From assembly GCA_963729895.1 (NCBI GenBank), contig CAVSQB010000022.1, positions 119,971 to 183,970 of the forward strand: a DNA stretch of 64,000 bases, given 5' to 3'. Position 1 is the first letter of the stretch. Every line of letters begins with the position of its first letter. Of this stretch, positions 62,124 through 64,000 are shown one piece after another. A program made the translations under genes and the position numbers. Under the pieces are notes generated by a model. It had not been told where the DNA came from and did not search any database. It saw nothing but the letters and a program-made list of their open reading frames with translations. Source of the stretch: an uncultured Fibrobacterota bacterium. Lineage in GTDB: Bacteria > Fibrobacterota > Chitinivibrionia > Chitinivibrionales > FEN-1185.

Positions 62124-62570
62124 TTGAACCCTTCCTCTTTAGGAAATATGCACTGAAAAATTCCGGTCTTCAACGTATACCACTGTCGCCCTCGACAGTG
62201 TTCTTTACAGTCTTATTTAACATGTTCGAATAGAAATCTTTCCTGTACACTCCCGCCCCCAAAGCCTCCCCGGCGGGGGAGGTTGGTGGGGGAACACAAT
62301 AAGCATTTTCCTTGCCGGGTATAAGGGCCGGCGACCCTTGGAAGCCCCTGACGAGGGGCGAGGCCCTTCCATCTCTTGCATTTAATTCTTTAATCCTTAT
62401 GCGTAAGATATCTCAACGGAATAACTGAATTATAATTTTTTGCCTTCAACACCTAATGGATTCCCGCATCCGCAAGAATGACAAGCCACACATCAATCAT
62501 TTATCCCGAGCAAATCCCAATGAAACCCCCAAACTCCCAAAACTCCAAAACCAAAAATCCCCAACCCCTT

Positions 62571-63455
62571 TCAAAACTTTAGCGACCAGCAAATCCCCAC
62601 CGCCCCCACGCACGTAACCGCGCAGCTTGCCACGAACTCCGCAAAGTCGGTGTTTTTCTTGTTCCGAGCCGTTTCCCACACCGCGCTCGTGCCCTGCGCG
62701 AGATTGTCGGGGCTCTTGCTGGACAGAGCGGAAAAGGTCTGCTGCGACGACGCATACTGCGTGCCGGTGACGACGGCGACAAAAAATCCGATGGCGGCCA
62801 TGGCCGCGCCGCCGTACCGCAGCGTGTTGCGCGTCGGCGCAAGCGGGTCCTTGAGCTCGGTGATGGGCGGGCTCGCGGCGGCGGCGTCCTTGAGCGTGAG
62901 CGAGTACTCGTACGGCTCGTCCGTCACCTGATACTGCGCGCCCTGGACCGTGAGATTGGCCCGGCCGTTGTGCAGAAAAATGCAGGGCGACAGTTGGAAG
63001 TATTTGGTAAGCGAGTTGATGCCGTCCACCGAGTACATCACCGCGCAGAAGGAAAGCCGCGTGCCGATCGCGTCTTCGTGAATGTAAATGCCGTTCCAGT
63101 CGTACGGGGCCGGGTCAACCGTGCTCTGCTTGTGATACTCCTTGTCGTGCTCCGAAGTGAACACGATCGGGTTGTTCTTGAGGCCCTTGGCGATGAGTGT
63201 CCCCTGCACGTGCAGGCCGGTAAAGTTCTTGAAGCACAGCACCGTGCCGGCGGCGATCTCCACGATTTTCCCCTGGGGTACATAAATGTCGCCGGCGACA
63301 AAATACGGACGGCTCCCGGGCGCGAGCCTGGCCGGCAGATCGCCGGCAATCGTGTCGAACGCGACGCTGTCCGGGACGCCCTGCGAAAGAGGCCCGGTTT
63401 GCGCGCAGGCGGCGAACGCCGCAAGAAAGGGAAGTACGAGAATCGTTTGTTTCAC
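62571..63455 (-). CDS. hypothetical exported protein with C-terminal membrane anchor
   Basis: The track ORF starts at 63551. GTG 63455 gives (M)KQTILVLPFLAAFAACAQTG, a signal peptide, and avoids overlap with the upstream gene. Two hydrophobic segments lie near the C-terminus. Confidence 0.5.
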   Translation of the reverse strand: MKQTILVLPFLAAFAACAQTGPLSQGVPDSVAFDTIAGDLPARLAPGSRPYFVAGDIYVPQGKIVEIAAGTVLCFKNFTGLHVQGTLIAKGLKNNPIVFTSEHDKEYHKQSTVDPAPYDWNGIYIHEDAIGTRLSFCAVMYSVDGINSLTKYFQLSPCIFLHNGRANLTVQGAQYQVTDEPYEYSLTLKDAAAASPPITELKDPLAPTRNTLRYGGAAMAAIGFFVAVVTGTQYASSQQTFSALSSKSPDNLAQGTSAVWETARNKKNTDFAEFVASCAVTCVGAVGICWSLKF

Positions 63456-63507
63456 GATACAACCTGCGTGCTTGTTTTCGGTTGCCGGGCCGGGTGCGAT
63501 GCCCGCC

Positions 63508-64000
63508 TCACTTGACTGCCACGTGGGCGCTGATCCTTCGAATCTCGGCATCGGCCTTTACATAATATTTATGTTCGGGAGAGGTTTTGAACAGGGATTT
63601 CACGTCGAACCACGCCTCCATGGCTTCCTTCCGGGTGTCTGCGTTCGGCCTCACGTCGTACAGGGCGCTTGCGCACAGGGCCTTGGAGTACAGGAGCAGC
63701 TCGCGGAACGCGCGGGGATCCATGAACTGTGCCGGCGACACCGACGCTTGCTTGACAAAATCATAAGCGGCCGTGAAGGCCTTTTCCGTGTAACACCACC
63801 GCGCTTTTTCGAGCAGCAACTCGCCGTCGCTGAAGTTGTGCGTTTCGAGAAAGTCCCTCACGCCGCGCGTGTCGCCGGCGCCCTTGAGCGAGCGGAGCTT
63901 GTACAAAAGCGCCTTTCTCGAATCCGCCAGACCGGCAGGCAGCATCTTGTATAGCAGGATGCCGTTTGCAAAACGGCCGGCCTCCACCTCGGACGAAAAC
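63508..64000 (-). CDS. hypothetical protein (C-terminal part; frame stays open to the right edge)
   Basis: The frame is open from the window edge to the stop at 63508. The composition is helical/TPR-like (..EKARWCYTEKAFTAAYDFVKQA..). No recognised motif. Confidence 0.45.
   Translation of the reverse strand, partial: FSSEVEAGRFANGILLYKMLPAGLADSRKALLYKLRSLKGAGDTRGVRDFLETHNFSDGELLLEKARWCYTEKAFTAAYDFVKQASVSPAQFMDPRAFRELLLYSKALCASALYDVRPNADTRKEAMEAWFDVKSLFKTSPEHKYYVKADAEIRRISAHVAVK

Noticed and set aside
62250-62370. Retron-like or other defence-associated structured ncRNA next to the Mrr gene.
   Set aside because: No reverse transcriptase or other partner gene is present, and the hairpins lack the flanking a1/a2 inverted repeats expected of msr/msd. 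They are kept only as unexplained hairpins.

Overview
This is a bacterial chromosomal window. It looks moderately GC-rich by eye (exact GC not computed), with clearly AT-richer patches at about 4.2-6.2 kb, 19.2-19.6 kb, 37.9-38.8 kb and 60.3-62.6 kb. It has no rRNA and no CRISPR array, and one tRNA (Asn-GTT). Many exported proteins carry lipoboxes or T9SS-type C-terminal sorting domains, while the promoters I can recognise are sigma70-like (TTGACA / TAnAAT). That suggests an uncultivated FCB-superphylum-type organism, but the window alone cannot fix taxonomy. Content in order: (1) 0-15.2 kb is an envelope glycosylation island. It holds a B12 radical-SAM gene, an FkbM methyltransferase, a membrane-fused spermidine-synthase-fold protein, several GT-C-like polytopic proteins (one ArnT/PMT_2-like and two tandem TMTC-like PMT+TPR proteins) and a lone prepilin gene. 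(2) 15.2-19.2 kb is housekeeping: a PAC2-family protein, dusB, larB, glutaminyl cyclase and tRNA-Asn. (3) 19.2-28.9 kb holds two IS elements followed by T9SS-exported glycan-degrading proteins (GH16, ricin-GH76-CBM6, a CBM6-like protein) and lipoproteins. (4) 29-34.8 kb holds a second membrane-fused spermidine-synthase-fold gene, an FGE/SUMF1-type gene cleanly split by an IS3-family element, and a secreted hypothetical protein. (5) 34.8-43.9 kb holds a FecR-lipoprotein/OMP module, an IS1595 element, TPM-NTase-LemA, a Tat/DUF362-like protein and small proteins. (6) 44.2-50 kb holds a PKDx6-SGNH lipoprotein, two acetyltransferase-fold genes and a Phd/ParE TA pair. (7) 50-55.2 kb is a polyamine operon (speD, two speE, eukaryotic-type ODC, RmlD-like reductase) punctuated by a family of paired 28-nt inverted arms. 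(8) 55.3-60.2 kb is an adhesin-HK-RR operon. (9) 60.3-62.6 kb is an AT-rich island with one Mrr-nuclease fusion, followed by two hypothetical genes. The best candidates for something new are the GT-C/TMTC-like island around the pilin, the paired inverted-arm elements positioned just upstream of polyamine-gene RBSs, the membrane-embedded spermidine-synthase-fold proteins, and the isolated Mrr fusion with an unrecognised 430-aa N-terminal region. All family calls come from motif recognition by eye; no database search was run.
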